DNA of 64,000 bases, taken from assembly GCA_044222475.1 (NCBI GenBank), contig JBGANF010000008.1, positions 34,688 to 98,687 on the forward strand, given 5' to 3'. Below are positions 37,866-46,706 of this stretch, piece after piece. The position numbers were made by a program, and so were the translations under genes. How positions within the stretch are numbered: position 1 is the first letter of the stretch; every line of letters begins with the position of its first letter. A model generated the notes under the pieces. That model saw only the letters and a program-made list of their open reading frames with translations, was not told where the DNA came from and did not search any database. This stretch comes from Polyangiaceae bacterium (GTDB lineage: Bacteria > Myxococcota_A > Polyangia > Polyangiales > Polyangiaceae).

Positions 37866-40436
37866 ATGGCGACCACGAAGAAGAAAGCGTCATCACCCAA
37901 GGGCACGACCAAGTCCGGCGCTGCCAAGAAGTCGACGAAGCCGGGCTCGAGTCCGACCGCCCCCGCCGTGGTCGTTCACGCGGGGCAAGAGCTCGTCGCG
38001 ATCGACGGTGGGTCGATGGTCATGGGCACCTCGATGGACGATCTCCTCGCCATGGTCCGCGTCGTGGCGCCCGCCGAGCTCGCCGAGCTCGAGCACGACG
38101 GGTTCGGAGAATCTCGCCCTCCGCGCATCGTCGCGGTCGCACCGTTTCTCCTCGGACGATCGCTCGCGGATCGCGCGAAGCTCGGCCTCGAGGCGAACGG
38201 CGATCTCGCGGAGCAACTGCGCGCGCTCGGGCTCCGACTGCCGTCGGAGGCGGAGTGGGAGTGGGTCGCGCGCGAGGGCGGCGCCACGCGCTTCGTGTCC
38301 ACTCGGCCCCCCGAGGGCGCGTTCGCGAAGACCAAGGACGTCCTCCGTGCGCTCCGCACCGAAGAGAACGGGTGGGGCGTGCGGCAGCTAAACGACGAGG
38401 GCGAGATCGTCGCGGATGCGTGGCACCCGTCGCTCGCCGGCGCACCACCGACGAGTGCCGCCTGGGAGCCCGAGCGCGGGCCGGGCGTCACGCGCACGGG
38501 GCACACCGCGTTTCAGGGATCGTCCGAGATCCGCGCGCTGTCGGCTGCGCATCGGGTCGCGCATCGCGGCGACGTCTCGGTTGCCGCGTTTCGCGTCGCG
38601 CGCGACGTGCCCGGGGCCGCCGCGCCTGCGCCCGACGCGTCGTTGCTCGCGACCTCCGTGCGCGACACCGTCGCCGCGCTGTCCGGGTCGGCGAAGAAGG
38701 AGCGAACGTTCGCGTTCGAGGTCCTCCGCATGCTCGGCCGCGACGGTCTGCACGACGTCGAGGCCGACGAGCTGGTCGCCCCGCTCCTCGCCGTCGCCGG
38801 CTCGCGCGACAAGTCCGAGGTCGCCGCCGCACTGCGCGCGATCGCCGACATCGCGTGCCGCGGACGTCGCGAGCTCGTCGAGGCGCGGCTCGCGCGTCGC
38901 GAACATCCGTTGCGAACCGCGCTGCTGCCCCGCATGGCCCCGCTGCTCGATCGCCTCGACGATCGAGATCCGGCAGTGCGCGCGGCTGCCGCGTGCGTCG
39001 CATGTGCGCTGCCCGAAGGCGCCGCGCGCCTCGCCGCGCGCGCGGCCGTCGAGGAGGAGCCCAACGCGCTGGCGAGTCTCGTCCTCGCGCTCGCGTGTCG
39101 GGGTGACGTCGCGCGGGCTCGCGACGTGCTCGCCGCGAATCCGCCGCATCCGCCGATCGCGCGCGCCACCGCCGCGCTCGCGCTCGCGGTGGGTGGCGCC
39201 ATGCCCGAGCCGCCGTCCGTCGCGTTCGTCGCGGCGCTGAGCGAAGGCCTCGGCCTCGCCGCGACGGAGGCCTCGATGCCGTGGCTCGGCCCCGGCTTCA
39301 CCGCGGTGATCCTATCCGTCGTCGAGCGCGGCGGCCCCGCGCTGCGGGACAGCGCGATCGAGGCGCTCGTGAAGGCCGCGCACGCGGCGGAGTCGTGGCC
39401 CGCGGTGGGGCTCCTGAAGTCGGCGCTCGCGCTCGCCTTCGGACCGCCGAGCGCGACGCCATCCTCGGAGCTGCGCAACGCTGCCACGCTGACGCCCGCG
39501 GTGCGGGCGCTCCTGACCGCGGCGAGCGAGCCCAAGCTCAGCCCGGTGGCAGGGCACCTCGGCTTGCCGTCGTACGCGGTTCCGGGCGATCTCGCCGTTC
39601 GGCGGATTTGGCTCGGGCTCGAGGCCCCGACCGCGGCGGATCGAAGCATCGAGACGGACTGGGAAGGTGCGCGGCGCACGTGGTCGATCGCGGCTTGGCT
39701 GCGCGCAGTCTGGGACAAGCACCGCCTCGCGTTCGCGCCCGATCACGCGCGTGCGCACACGGCGATGCAGCAGGAGGTCGCACCGGTGGTCGCTGGTTGG
39801 GATCCCATCCTGCGGCTCGAGCTCTCGCTCGACGGGATGCGCATCGTGATGCTCCCCGAGTTGGCGCCCGCGGTCGTAGCCCCCGCGGCGCTGGCCCACG
39901 ACGCAGAGAAGGCGCGCGACGTCATGCAGAGCGCGCTCGCGCGCGCGCTTCGCGCTTCGCCAGCGAACCTCATCGACTGGAAGCTCGTCGAGATCGGGCT
40001 TCTCCTTCACCCCGGCGGCGACCTGCCGGCAGGGCTCGTCGAGGCCATCGCGGGGCGCTTCTACATGCTCTACGGCGATCACATGCTCGCGGCGGTCGGA
40101 GCGATGTCGCCCGCGCAGCGCGAGCAGTTCTTGGTGGAACGCTTCGAACGAGCTGTCGACGCGTACCCCAGCTCGCTCCTCGGCGTTTCGCTGCACGGCT
40201 TCGTGACGCGGCACGCGTTGCCACAGGTCGTTGCGCACCCCTCCGAGCGAACGGCTCGCGCGCTCGTCCGCGTCGCCGGGCGCGGGCCGATGCGGCGCGA
40301 GTGTTGGACGGAAATCGAGGCGGCGCGGGTTCCCGCGATCACGTCGGCGCTCGCCGCGCTCGGCCCGTTTCGCGAGCTCGATGCGAACGCGTCGCCGGAG
40401 CAGGTCCAGCGGTTCGTCGACGCGTACGTGGCGTGA
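37866..40436 (+). CDS. FGE-sulfatase (SUMF1-like) domain protein with long Ala/Leu-rich helical-repeat C-terminal region
   Basis: The ATG at 37866 (MATTKKKASSPKG, a Lys-rich tail) follows 60 Arg-rich codons of the listed ORF. LRLPSEAEWEWVAREGGATRF matches the FGE/SUMF1 signature RLPTEAEWEYAARGG. The remaining roughly 600 aa are Ala/Leu/Arg-rich with repeated LxxLxxA periodicity (HEAT/ARM-like). Confidence 0.55.
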   Translation: MATTKKKASSPKGTTKSGAAKKSTKPGSSPTAPAVVVHAGQELVAIDGGSMVMGTSMDDLLAMVRVVAPAELAELEHDGFGESRPPRIVAVAPFLLGRSLADRAKLGLEANGDLAEQLRALGLRLPSEAEWEWVAREGGATRFVSTRPPEGAFAKTKDVLRALRTEENGWGVRQLNDEGEIVADAWHPSLAGAPPTSAAWEPERGPGVTRTGHTAFQGSSEIRALSAAHRVAHRGDVSVAAFRVARDVPGAAAPAPDASLLATSVRDTVAALSGSAKKERTFAFEVLRMLGRDGLHDVEADELVAPLLAVAGSRDKSEVAAALRAIADIACRGRRELVEARLARREHPLRTALLPRMAPLLDRLDDRDPAVRAAAACVACALPEGAARLAARAAVEEEPNALASLVLALACRGDVARARDVLAANPPHPPIARATAALALAVGGAMPEPPSVAFVAALSEGLGLAATEASMPWLGPGFTAVILSVVERGGPALRDSAIEALVKAAHAAESWPAVGLLKSALALAFGPPSATPSSELRNAATLTPAVRALLTAASEPKLSPVAGHLGLPSYAVPGDLAVRRIWLGLEAPTAADRSIETDWEGARRTWSIAAWLRAVWDKHRLAFAPDHARAHTAMQQEVAPVVAGWDPILRLELSLDGMRIVMLPELAPAVVAPAALAHDAEKARDVMQSALARALRASPANLIDWKLVEIGLLLHPGGDLPAGLVEAIAGRFYMLYGDHMLAAVGAMSPAQREQFLVERFERAVDAYPSSLLGVSLHGFVTRHALPQVVAHPSERTARALVRVAGRGPMRRECWTEIEAARVPAITSALAALGPFRELDANASPEQVQRFVDAYVA

Positions 40437-40551
40437 CACCGCGGGCGATCAGCCCGGGTCGTGTCGTTCACACTACACCGCGTTCCCGCGGACAATTCCG
40501 CACGCGCGACGCTGGCCCACGAGTTGCGTCCCCGAGTCCTCGGAGGGACAC

Positions 40552-41544
40552 ATGCGCACATTTGTCTTCACGGCGTTCGCGACCGGGGTGATCACGGTGC
40601 TGGCGTGCGGTGGCTCGGCTTCAGTGACCGGCCCCGACGACGCCTGTGGTCAGTATTACGATGCGCTCACCGCGTACGCCAAGCGCTGCTCGTCGAGCAC
40701 CCTCAGCGGCGAGCGCAGCGACTTCCTCGCCATCTGCAAGGCCGCCCTCGCGGCTCCGGGCACGTCGATCACGCAGGGCATGCTCGCCAACTGCGCGAGC
40801 GCAGTGAACGGCACCACCCTGTGTTCGTTGAACGACATCGCCGCGTGCAAACCGGGGCCGGGATCGCTCGCGGACGGCACCGCGTGTGGAAGCGACGCGC
40901 AGTGCGCGAGCGGCGACTGCAAGACGACGACGACGAACGGTCTCTCGTGCGGCACCTGCGTGAAGACCGCGAAGGAAGGCGAGGCCTGCAACGTTGCGCC
41001 GACGAACACTGCGTGCGCGACCGACCTGCGATGCGACAAGAACGTGTGCGTGAAGAACGTCACGATCCCGCCCGGTGGCACGTGCTCGTTCACCGGGAGC
41101 CCGGGCTCGAACTGCGCCGCGGGGACGGCGTGCAACGCGCCGCCGACGCCGAACGCGACTGGGACGTGCGCGCCCATCCCGAAGGAAGGGCAGCCGTGCA
41201 CGACGACCTGCGACACCAACCTCGTGTGCTCCAACTCGGTGTGCATCGCCCGCGTCGACGTCGGCGCTGCCTGCACCACCAACAGCCAGTGCAAGAACGG
41301 TCTCTACTGCGACACGACGACCAAGACCTGCGCCACGACCAAGATCGCGAAGGTCGGAGAGCCCTGCGGAACGACGGGCACCAAGTGCGACGCGGGCTTG
41401 GCGTGCACGTCGAACGGGACGAGCTCGACCTGCGTCGCGTTGAAGCGGAACGGCGAGGCGTGCACCGCCAACGACCGGTGCGCGGAGTTCCTCAACTGCA
41501 TCAACGGCGTCTGCGGGATCAACGATCCCGGTCTGTGCAAGTGA
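40552..41544 (+). CDS. Cys-rich repeat lipoprotein (seven Cx(4-6)Cx(3-6)C-type modules)
   Basis: Signal MRTFVFTAFATGVITVLACGG. Repeated modules such as CGSDAQCASGDCKT, CATDLRCDKNVCV, CTTNSQCKNGLYCD and CTANDRCAEFLNCINGVC. It ends in CGINDPGLCK. Confidence 0.6.
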   Translation: MRTFVFTAFATGVITVLACGGSASVTGPDDACGQYYDALTAYAKRCSSSTLSGERSDFLAICKAALAAPGTSITQGMLANCASAVNGTTLCSLNDIAACKPGPGSLADGTACGSDAQCASGDCKTTTTNGLSCGTCVKTAKEGEACNVAPTNTACATDLRCDKNVCVKNVTIPPGGTCSFTGSPGSNCAAGTACNAPPTPNATGTCAPIPKEGQPCTTTCDTNLVCSNSVCIARVDVGAACTTNSQCKNGLYCDTTTKTCATTKIAKVGEPCGTTGTKCDAGLACTSNGTSSTCVALKRNGEACTANDRCAEFLNCINGVCGINDPGLCK

Positions 41545-41683
41545 GGTGACTACTGATGCACTGAGCAGAGCGGTGCTCGCTGTCGTACCATTTAGGTACG
41601 GATCCTCGACAAATGCGTGCAAGATCAAAGTATTGCGCAGGTGATTGCCGCGTCGGCGTTTCGAGGGATAGCCTCGCTCGACC

Positions 41684-42262
41684 ATGATCAAACCCCACCT
41701 CCCGATGCTCGCGCTCGCCGTCGTCTTCTCTGCCGGTTGCAAGAAGGACACGCCGACCCAAACGACGACGACCTCGGCGACGGTCGCGGCGACCACGACG
41801 GCTGCCGCAGCACCGAAGAAGGGCGAATGCCAAGCGGGTTACACGAAGGTCGAGCAGATGGCCTTCTGCATCAAGCTGCCGGAGGGCTACACCGCGGACC
41901 CGCCCACGAAGGGGGACGATCCGAAGGAGCCGTTCTCGGTCGACTTCGAGAAGAACGGAGACAAGATCGATGGATTCACGTGTCACGTCACCACCGACAC
42001 GTTCGCCTCGGTGAAGGAGGACAACGAGAGCTTCGTCGACAAGACGAAGCACGACGTGAAGGACACGGGTGACCTCCTCGGCGGCAAGGGTTGGTACTTC
42101 TTCTCGTCGACGAAGGGCGCCAAGGAGGGTGGCACGATCGGCGTCTACGTGCAGGTGCCGAAGTACGTGGTCGTCTGCGAGCAAGCCGGCAACGGAAACT
42201 GGAAGGGCTACCAGGCGACGCTCGAAATCTGGAAGACGATCATGCCGCTCGAAGGCGGCTGA
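41684..42262 (+). CDS. hypothetical lipoprotein
   Basis: Signal and lipobox MIKPHLPMLALAVVFSAGCKK. Thr-rich linker. Normal composition. Confidence 0.5.
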   Translation: MIKPHLPMLALAVVFSAGCKKDTPTQTTTTSATVAATTTAAAAPKKGECQAGYTKVEQMAFCIKLPEGYTADPPTKGDDPKEPFSVDFEKNGDKIDGFTCHVTTDTFASVKEDNESFVDKTKHDVKDTGDLLGGKGWYFFSSTKGAKEGGTIGVYVQVPKYVVVCEQAGNGNWKGYQATLEIWKTIMPLEGG

Positions 42263-42279
42263 GTCCCACCGCACCGGCG

Positions 42280-42777
42280 ATGCTACGCTTCCCAGCGATG
42301 AAGCTCGTGAGCGCGACGATCGTCGTCACTGCGATTGGCTTGCTGGGTCTCGAGTCGAGCGCGCTCGCCTGCATCGATGCCGGAGCCCCGAACGCGGCAT
42401 GCAACGACGGCGGCGCGGAGTGGATTTCGTGCAAGGCCCACTCGGATTGCCCGCAGCCGCAACTCTGTTTCGAGGGTACTTGCAGCTGCATCACGAAGTG
42501 CCCGTTCGGCGAGAGCTGCAGCGGGAGTGCATGTGCGTGCATTGCCATGGCCCCGGGGTGCCGTTGGGACATCATGTCGTGCCACGACCGCGGTCGCGAC
42601 ACCGCCATCACGTGCAGTGCCGACGCGGGGACCGCCGACGCGGGGACCGCCGACGCTGCTGGCGGCGGATGCGCGGCAGGCGGTCGCCCGCCATCGGGAG
42701 CCGGCCCAATCACGCTCGGAGCCCTCGTGGCGACCGTGCTGCTGCGCCGTCGGCGTGGCGGACGCGCTGCGCGCTAG
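42280..42777 (+). CDS. Cys-rich secreted protein with MYXO-CTERM-type C-terminal sorting signal
   Basis: The ATG at 42280 (MLRFPAMKLVSATIVVTAIGLLG) gives a signal peptide. The body has 20 Cys. The C-terminus GGGCAAGGRPPSGAGPITLGALVATVLLRRRRGG has a Gly/Cys motif, a hydrophobic helix and an Arg cluster, as in MYXO-CTERM. Confidence 0.6.
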   Translation: MLRFPAMKLVSATIVVTAIGLLGLESSALACIDAGAPNAACNDGGAEWISCKAHSDCPQPQLCFEGTCSCITKCPFGESCSGSACACIAMAPGCRWDIMSCHDRGRDTAITCSADAGTADAGTADAAGGGCAAGGRPPSGAGPITLGALVATVLLRRRRGGRAAR

Positions 42778-42799
42778 CGCAGTCGCGCGCGGAGAGTCC

Positions 42800-43210
42800 T
42801 CAGCGCGCACCCGACCCGCAGGTCATGCAGCGCTTGTCGTTCTTGCAGTAGAGGTCCAGGTCCTGGAACATCGAGATCGCGCCCGACGCGCGAACGGTGT
42901 CGCACGCTGCTTCCTCGTTCGCCGTGTCGCGCGGTTGGATCGTGCTGTTGATCTCGGCGAGTGGAGCGCCGCCGGGATCGCGAAAGATGCAGAGCGCCGT
43001 GATCGTCGGCTTGCCCGGGCAGTCGGCGTGGGCGCAGTACGCGTCGAGCGTCTTCTCCGCTTCGGCGCTCTCGCTCGCCTGGTACTGCACGTCCCTGGCG
43101 CACGCGGCGTGAGCCTTGGCCTTGTCGTCTTCGGTCGCCGGGGCCGTCTTCGCGCAGCCGATCGCCACCATCGATGCGAACGTGACGACGACGCACGTGC
43201 GGAAGGTCAT
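42800..43210 (-). CDS. Cys-rich hypothetical lipoprotein
   Basis: Start MTFRTCVVVTFASMVAIGCAK (ATG at 43210). 136 aa with 10 Cys. Confidence 0.45.
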   Translation of the reverse strand: MTFRTCVVVTFASMVAIGCAKTAPATEDDKAKAHAACARDVQYQASESAEAEKTLDAYCAHADCPGKPTITALCIFRDPGGAPLAEINSTIQPRDTANEEAACDTVRASGAISMFQDLDLYCKNDKRCMTCGSGAR

Positions 43211-43316
43211 CGGCGAAAGGTAACAAGGGAATCGCGCGGTTGCCGTGGTCATCTCCACGACGTTTGCGATTCGCGCCAGCTGCTACGATGGCAATCGCGT
43301 GTTGGTCAATAGCCGC

Positions 43317-45065
43317 ATGACCCGCCTGCTCTTCGAAGCCGCCGAGGACGCCGGAATTCCCCGCGCGTCGGTGATCGGTCCGCTGGGGCTCGACGAGCAC
43401 TCGCTGGTCGATCCCAAAGCGCGCGTCGAGTGGTCCACGCTGGTCGCGTGCTGCAATCAACTGTCGCGCCTCGTGAACGACGACCCCGAGCGCCTTCGCT
43501 ACATCGGCACGCGCATGTCGCGCGCTCCGGCGTACGAGCCGCTCCGCCGTCTCGCTCGCGGGGTCGTCTCGGTCGAGCGCTTGCACGATCTCGCCGCGCG
43601 GTGGGTCGCACCGATCAACTTCCCGCACTGCGTGATCCACCTCGAGCATCAGCCGGGACGCTTGATGACCATCCGCGGGTCGATCCCCGACGCGTACGTC
43701 GCGTGCAAGCCGTTCATGCACCTCTTCGAGGGTTCCATCACTCACCTCTCGACCTTGCTGGGGCTTCCGCCCGCCGTCATTCGGCGGAGCGTCGCCACGG
43801 ATCGCACCCTCGACCTCGTCGTCGAGCTTCCGCCCTCCCGCACATGGCCCGGCCGGATCAAGGACAACCTCCGCGTGATCGTCTCCGCGCCAGCAGCGCT
43901 TCGGGTGCTCGAAGAGCAACGGGCCGAGCTCCTCGCCAGCGTGGAGGCGCTTCGAGCGCAGCGCGAGGACCTTCGCGTGCTGCTCGATCGGCTGCCCAAC
44001 CTCGTCCTCGTCCACTTCGGCGGAAAAGTCGTCTGGGCGAACCGGCGCTTCGTCCACGCGCTCGGCTACGAGCGCCTTGCCGACATCGTCGGCACGCCGT
44101 TGCTCGATCACGTCGCGCCGCGATCGCGCGATGCCGTGCGCGGTCGGATGGAAAGTCCGGTGGACGCCGAAGGCTCCCTCGACCTGCGCGAGTTCGTCCT
44201 CCTCTCCCGGAGCGGCGCCGAGATCGTGGTCGAGGTCGCGCCGACCCAGGGCGTCGTCTTCGAAGGTGTGCCGTCACGGCTCGTCGTCGGTCGCGACGTG
44301 AGTGACCGCGTGCAGATGGAGCAGAAGCTCATCGCCGCCGACCGGCTTGCCGCGGTCGGTCTCCTCGCAGCCGGCGTCGCCCACGAGGTGAACAACCCTC
44401 TGGCCTACATCCTCAACAACATCGAGATTGCCCGAAAGGAGCTCTCGCACCTCGGGCCAGAGGCCGAGGTCAGTCGCAACGTCCTCGGCGTCGCGCTCGA
44501 AGGGGTCGACCGCATCCGCGCGATCGTGCGCGATCTCTTGCTGCTCTCGCGCGGCGATGGCGAGCGCCAGACCGGCTCGGTCGACGTGAGGGCGGTCACC
44601 GAGTCGACGCTCTCGCTCGCCGCCGGCGAGATAGGCGGGACCGCGGAGCTCGTTCGCGAAATCGAGCCGGTGCCGATGGTGCGGGGGAGCGATTCACGGG
44701 TCGCCCAAGTGCTGCTCAACCTGATCGGCAACGCGCTCGAAGCGATGCGTGGTCGGCCGCGGTCCGGGAACGTCCTCCGCGTGTCCGTGGGAGTCGACAC
44801 CGACGGACGAGTGCTCCTCGAGGTCTCGGACACGGGGCGCGGCATTGGCCCGAACGATCTGGGCCGCGTCTTCGAGCCGTTCTTCACGACGAAGGCGGCC
44901 GGACAAGGCACCGGGCTCGGACTCGCGATCGCGCAGCAGCTCGTCGTCGAGATGGGCGGCGAGATCGAGGTCGTCTCCGAGCTCGGCCGCGGAACGACCT
45001 TTCGCGTGCATCTCCCGCCTATCGCGGCGCAGCGCGCAGCCAATCCAGAGCTTCTTCGCGGGTAG
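43317..45065 (+). CDS. sensor histidine kinase (PAS-containing, cytoplasmic)
   Basis: HisKA H-box AHEVNNPLAYILNNIE is present. The HATPase boxes are N (LLNLIGNALEAM), G1 (DTGRGI) and G2 (GTGLGLAIAQQLV). An upstream PAS-like segment (VHFGGKVVWANRRFVHALGYER) is present. No TM helices were seen. The start could be 43245 or 43317. Confidence 0.8.
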   Translation: MTRLLFEAAEDAGIPRASVIGPLGLDEHSLVDPKARVEWSTLVACCNQLSRLVNDDPERLRYIGTRMSRAPAYEPLRRLARGVVSVERLHDLAARWVAPINFPHCVIHLEHQPGRLMTIRGSIPDAYVACKPFMHLFEGSITHLSTLLGLPPAVIRRSVATDRTLDLVVELPPSRTWPGRIKDNLRVIVSAPAALRVLEEQRAELLASVEALRAQREDLRVLLDRLPNLVLVHFGGKVVWANRRFVHALGYERLADIVGTPLLDHVAPRSRDAVRGRMESPVDAEGSLDLREFVLLSRSGAEIVVEVAPTQGVVFEGVPSRLVVGRDVSDRVQMEQKLIAADRLAAVGLLAAGVAHEVNNPLAYILNNIEIARKELSHLGPEAEVSRNVLGVALEGVDRIRAIVRDLLLLSRGDGERQTGSVDVRAVTESTLSLAAGEIGGTAELVREIEPVPMVRGSDSRVAQVLLNLIGNALEAMRGRPRSGNVLRVSVGVDTDGRVLLEVSDTGRGIGPNDLGRVFEPFFTTKAAGQGTGLGLAIAQQLVVEMGGEIEVVSELGRGTTFRVHLPPIAAQRAANPELLRG

Positions 45066-45387
45066 CGAACGTCTCGAGCGCGAGCACTGCGGCCTTCGCG
45101 ATGCGCCGCGCCTGCACTTCGGACACGGAGCCGGAGACGACGCGCGCCGTGCGCATCATGCCCTTCTTCCGCGCGTACGCGTTCAGGTCGGCGAGCGACA
45201 CGAGCAGCGACGGCGCGAGCACCGTCATCTTCCGTTGGTCGACGAGGCACGACCACGGGCCGTCGATCGCGTCGATCATCGCGCGCGTCTTCTCGATGTA
45301 CTGCGCCACGTCCTCGGCGGAGGGGCGGGGCGGGTAGACGACCTCGAGGATGCGCGCGTCCTCGTGGAATGCGATCTCGAAAGGCAC
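45019..45387 (-). CDS. small hypothetical protein, STAS/SpoIIAA-like (start inferred GTG)
   Basis: Only the 3' 123 codons of the listed ORF 45019..45693 have normal composition (VPFEIAFHEDARILEVVYPPRPSAEDVAQYIEKTRAMIDAIDG...). A GTG at 45387 lies 5 nt downstream of the ATP-grasp stop. The 3' end overlaps the convergent kinase gene by 47 nt. Confidence 0.35.
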   Translation of the reverse strand: MPFEIAFHEDARILEVVYPPRPSAEDVAQYIEKTRAMIDAIDGPWSCLVDQRKMTVLAPSLLVSLADLNAYARKKGMMRTARVVSGSVSEVQARRIAKAAVLALETFATREEALDWLRAAPR

Positions 45388-45391
45388 GCGG

Positions 45392-46387
45392 TCATCCTCG
45401 CATGGATCGGCGGCCCGTGCGGCGCCTGTGTCGGGCCAGCGCGGCGCGGACGAGCTGGCGGGTGAAGCCCACGTGACCCGCAGGATCGTTCGCGAGGCAC
45501 AGGTCCGCGCTCCCGTAGTCCTTGGGGAGGTAGTACACGCCGCAGTTGGGGTTGATCTCCAGCATGTACGGAACGCCGTCGCGATCGACCCGAAGATCGC
45601 ACCGCCCGAAGCTCGCGCCGTGGAGCGCGACGAAGAACCTCGCAGCAGCGTCGCGCAGGCGCGCGTCGAGGGCGGGATCGGCGACCGGCGCACCCATCAT
45701 CTTCCCGTAGTCCACCCACTTCATCTTGGCGTGCTTGAACGTCTCGCCTTCGGGGAAGACGTATTGGATGGGCGTGTAGGTCGTCGGGTGCGCCGGGTCG
45801 TCGGGGTTCTCGGCCACGAGGACGGTGCACTCCGTCCCTTCGATGAACTCCTCGATCAGCGCGGCGCCGTGCTTGCCGATGATCTTCTTCGCCTGAGCGC
45901 GAAGACCGGCGGCGGTCGTCACGCGCGATCGCTTCGTGAGGTCGACGCTGGAGTAGCTCGAGTAGTGCTTCACGAAGAGCGGAAAGCGCAGCGTCGCCGC
46001 GGCTCGCTCGACGTCCTTGGCGTTGCGCGCGAGCACGAACGCCGGAGTGGCGATGCCCTGTGACTTGCACGCGCGCTTCATCGTCTTGCGCGAAGGCTCG
46101 TAGAAGATCGACGTCGCGCCGGTGAACGGGACGCCGGCGCGCTCGAGCGTCTTCACGACCTCGATGCCGGGGACGGTCTTCTGGTCGGCCGCTCCGTCGC
46201 ACAGGTTGAAGTAGAGGTCGAAGCCTTCGGCGATTCGCCTCTTCACCTGCTTCACCGACGTCGGTCGCTTCAGGTACTCGACCTCCCACGTGGCCTCTGG
46301 GTAGAAGGGCCTCGGGTCACAGGGCCAGTCGTCCTTGGGGAACGGGTCGGCGAGGAGATCCTGATTCGTCAGGAGACAGATGCGCAT
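45392..46387 (-). CDS. ATP-grasp domain enzyme (D-Ala-D-Ala-ligase-like fold)
   Basis: Start MRICLLTNQDL (ATG at 46387). Motifs FPLFVKHYSSYSSVD, EEFIEGTECTV and the C-terminal GRCDLRVDRDGVPYMLEINPNCG are typical of ATP-grasp ligases. Confidence 0.7.
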   Translation of the reverse strand: MRICLLTNQDLLADPFPKDDWPCDPRPFYPEATWEVEYLKRPTSVKQVKRRIAEGFDLYFNLCDGAADQKTVPGIEVVKTLERAGVPFTGATSIFYEPSRKTMKRACKSQGIATPAFVLARNAKDVERAAATLRFPLFVKHYSSYSSVDLTKRSRVTTAAGLRAQAKKIIGKHGAALIEEFIEGTECTVLVAENPDDPAHPTTYTPIQYVFPEGETFKHAKMKWVDYGKMMGAPVADPALDARLRDAAARFFVALHGASFGRCDLRVDRDGVPYMLEINPNCGVYYLPKDYGSADLCLANDPAGHVGFTRQLVRAALARHRRRTGRRSMRG

Positions 46388-46410
46388 GGGCACGCGGGAG
46401 CACTGTACCA

Positions 46411-46670
46411 CTAGCAGGCTGCGGAAAAACGCCCAGGCACGTAGCGTGCCCTCCTGCCAAGACCGCGAACCTGATGCTCGGGAGCGGGAGCGGGAAGGGA
46501 TCTGTACCAAACTGGGACACTTGTGACGAAGTGGCCACTTTCATAGCGATTCACGATGTCCTCGGCCGTCGAGCATCTTCCCGCTCCCGCTCCCGAGCGG
46601 CGACCTACCCAACCGGTTGGAGGGCACGCAAACCTGCAACTACGCTTTTTCCGCAGCCTGCCAGGCGCGC
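46411..46670. repeat. large imperfect palindrome (three inverted-repeat blocks) in intergenic region
   Basis: Block1 gcaggctgcggaaaaa (about 46416) pairs with tttttccgcagcctgc (about 46649). Block2 gcgtgccctcc (about 46444) pairs with ggagggcacgc (about 46621). Block3 ctcgggagcgggagcgggaag (about 46477) pairs with cttcccgctcccgctcccgag (about 46577). The centre contains the palindrome gtggccac. Verified by manual reverse-complement comparison. Confidence 0.8.
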
Positions 46671-46706
46671 GTTGACCGTCCCGGTGGATGAACGTACGGT
46701 CGAGAC

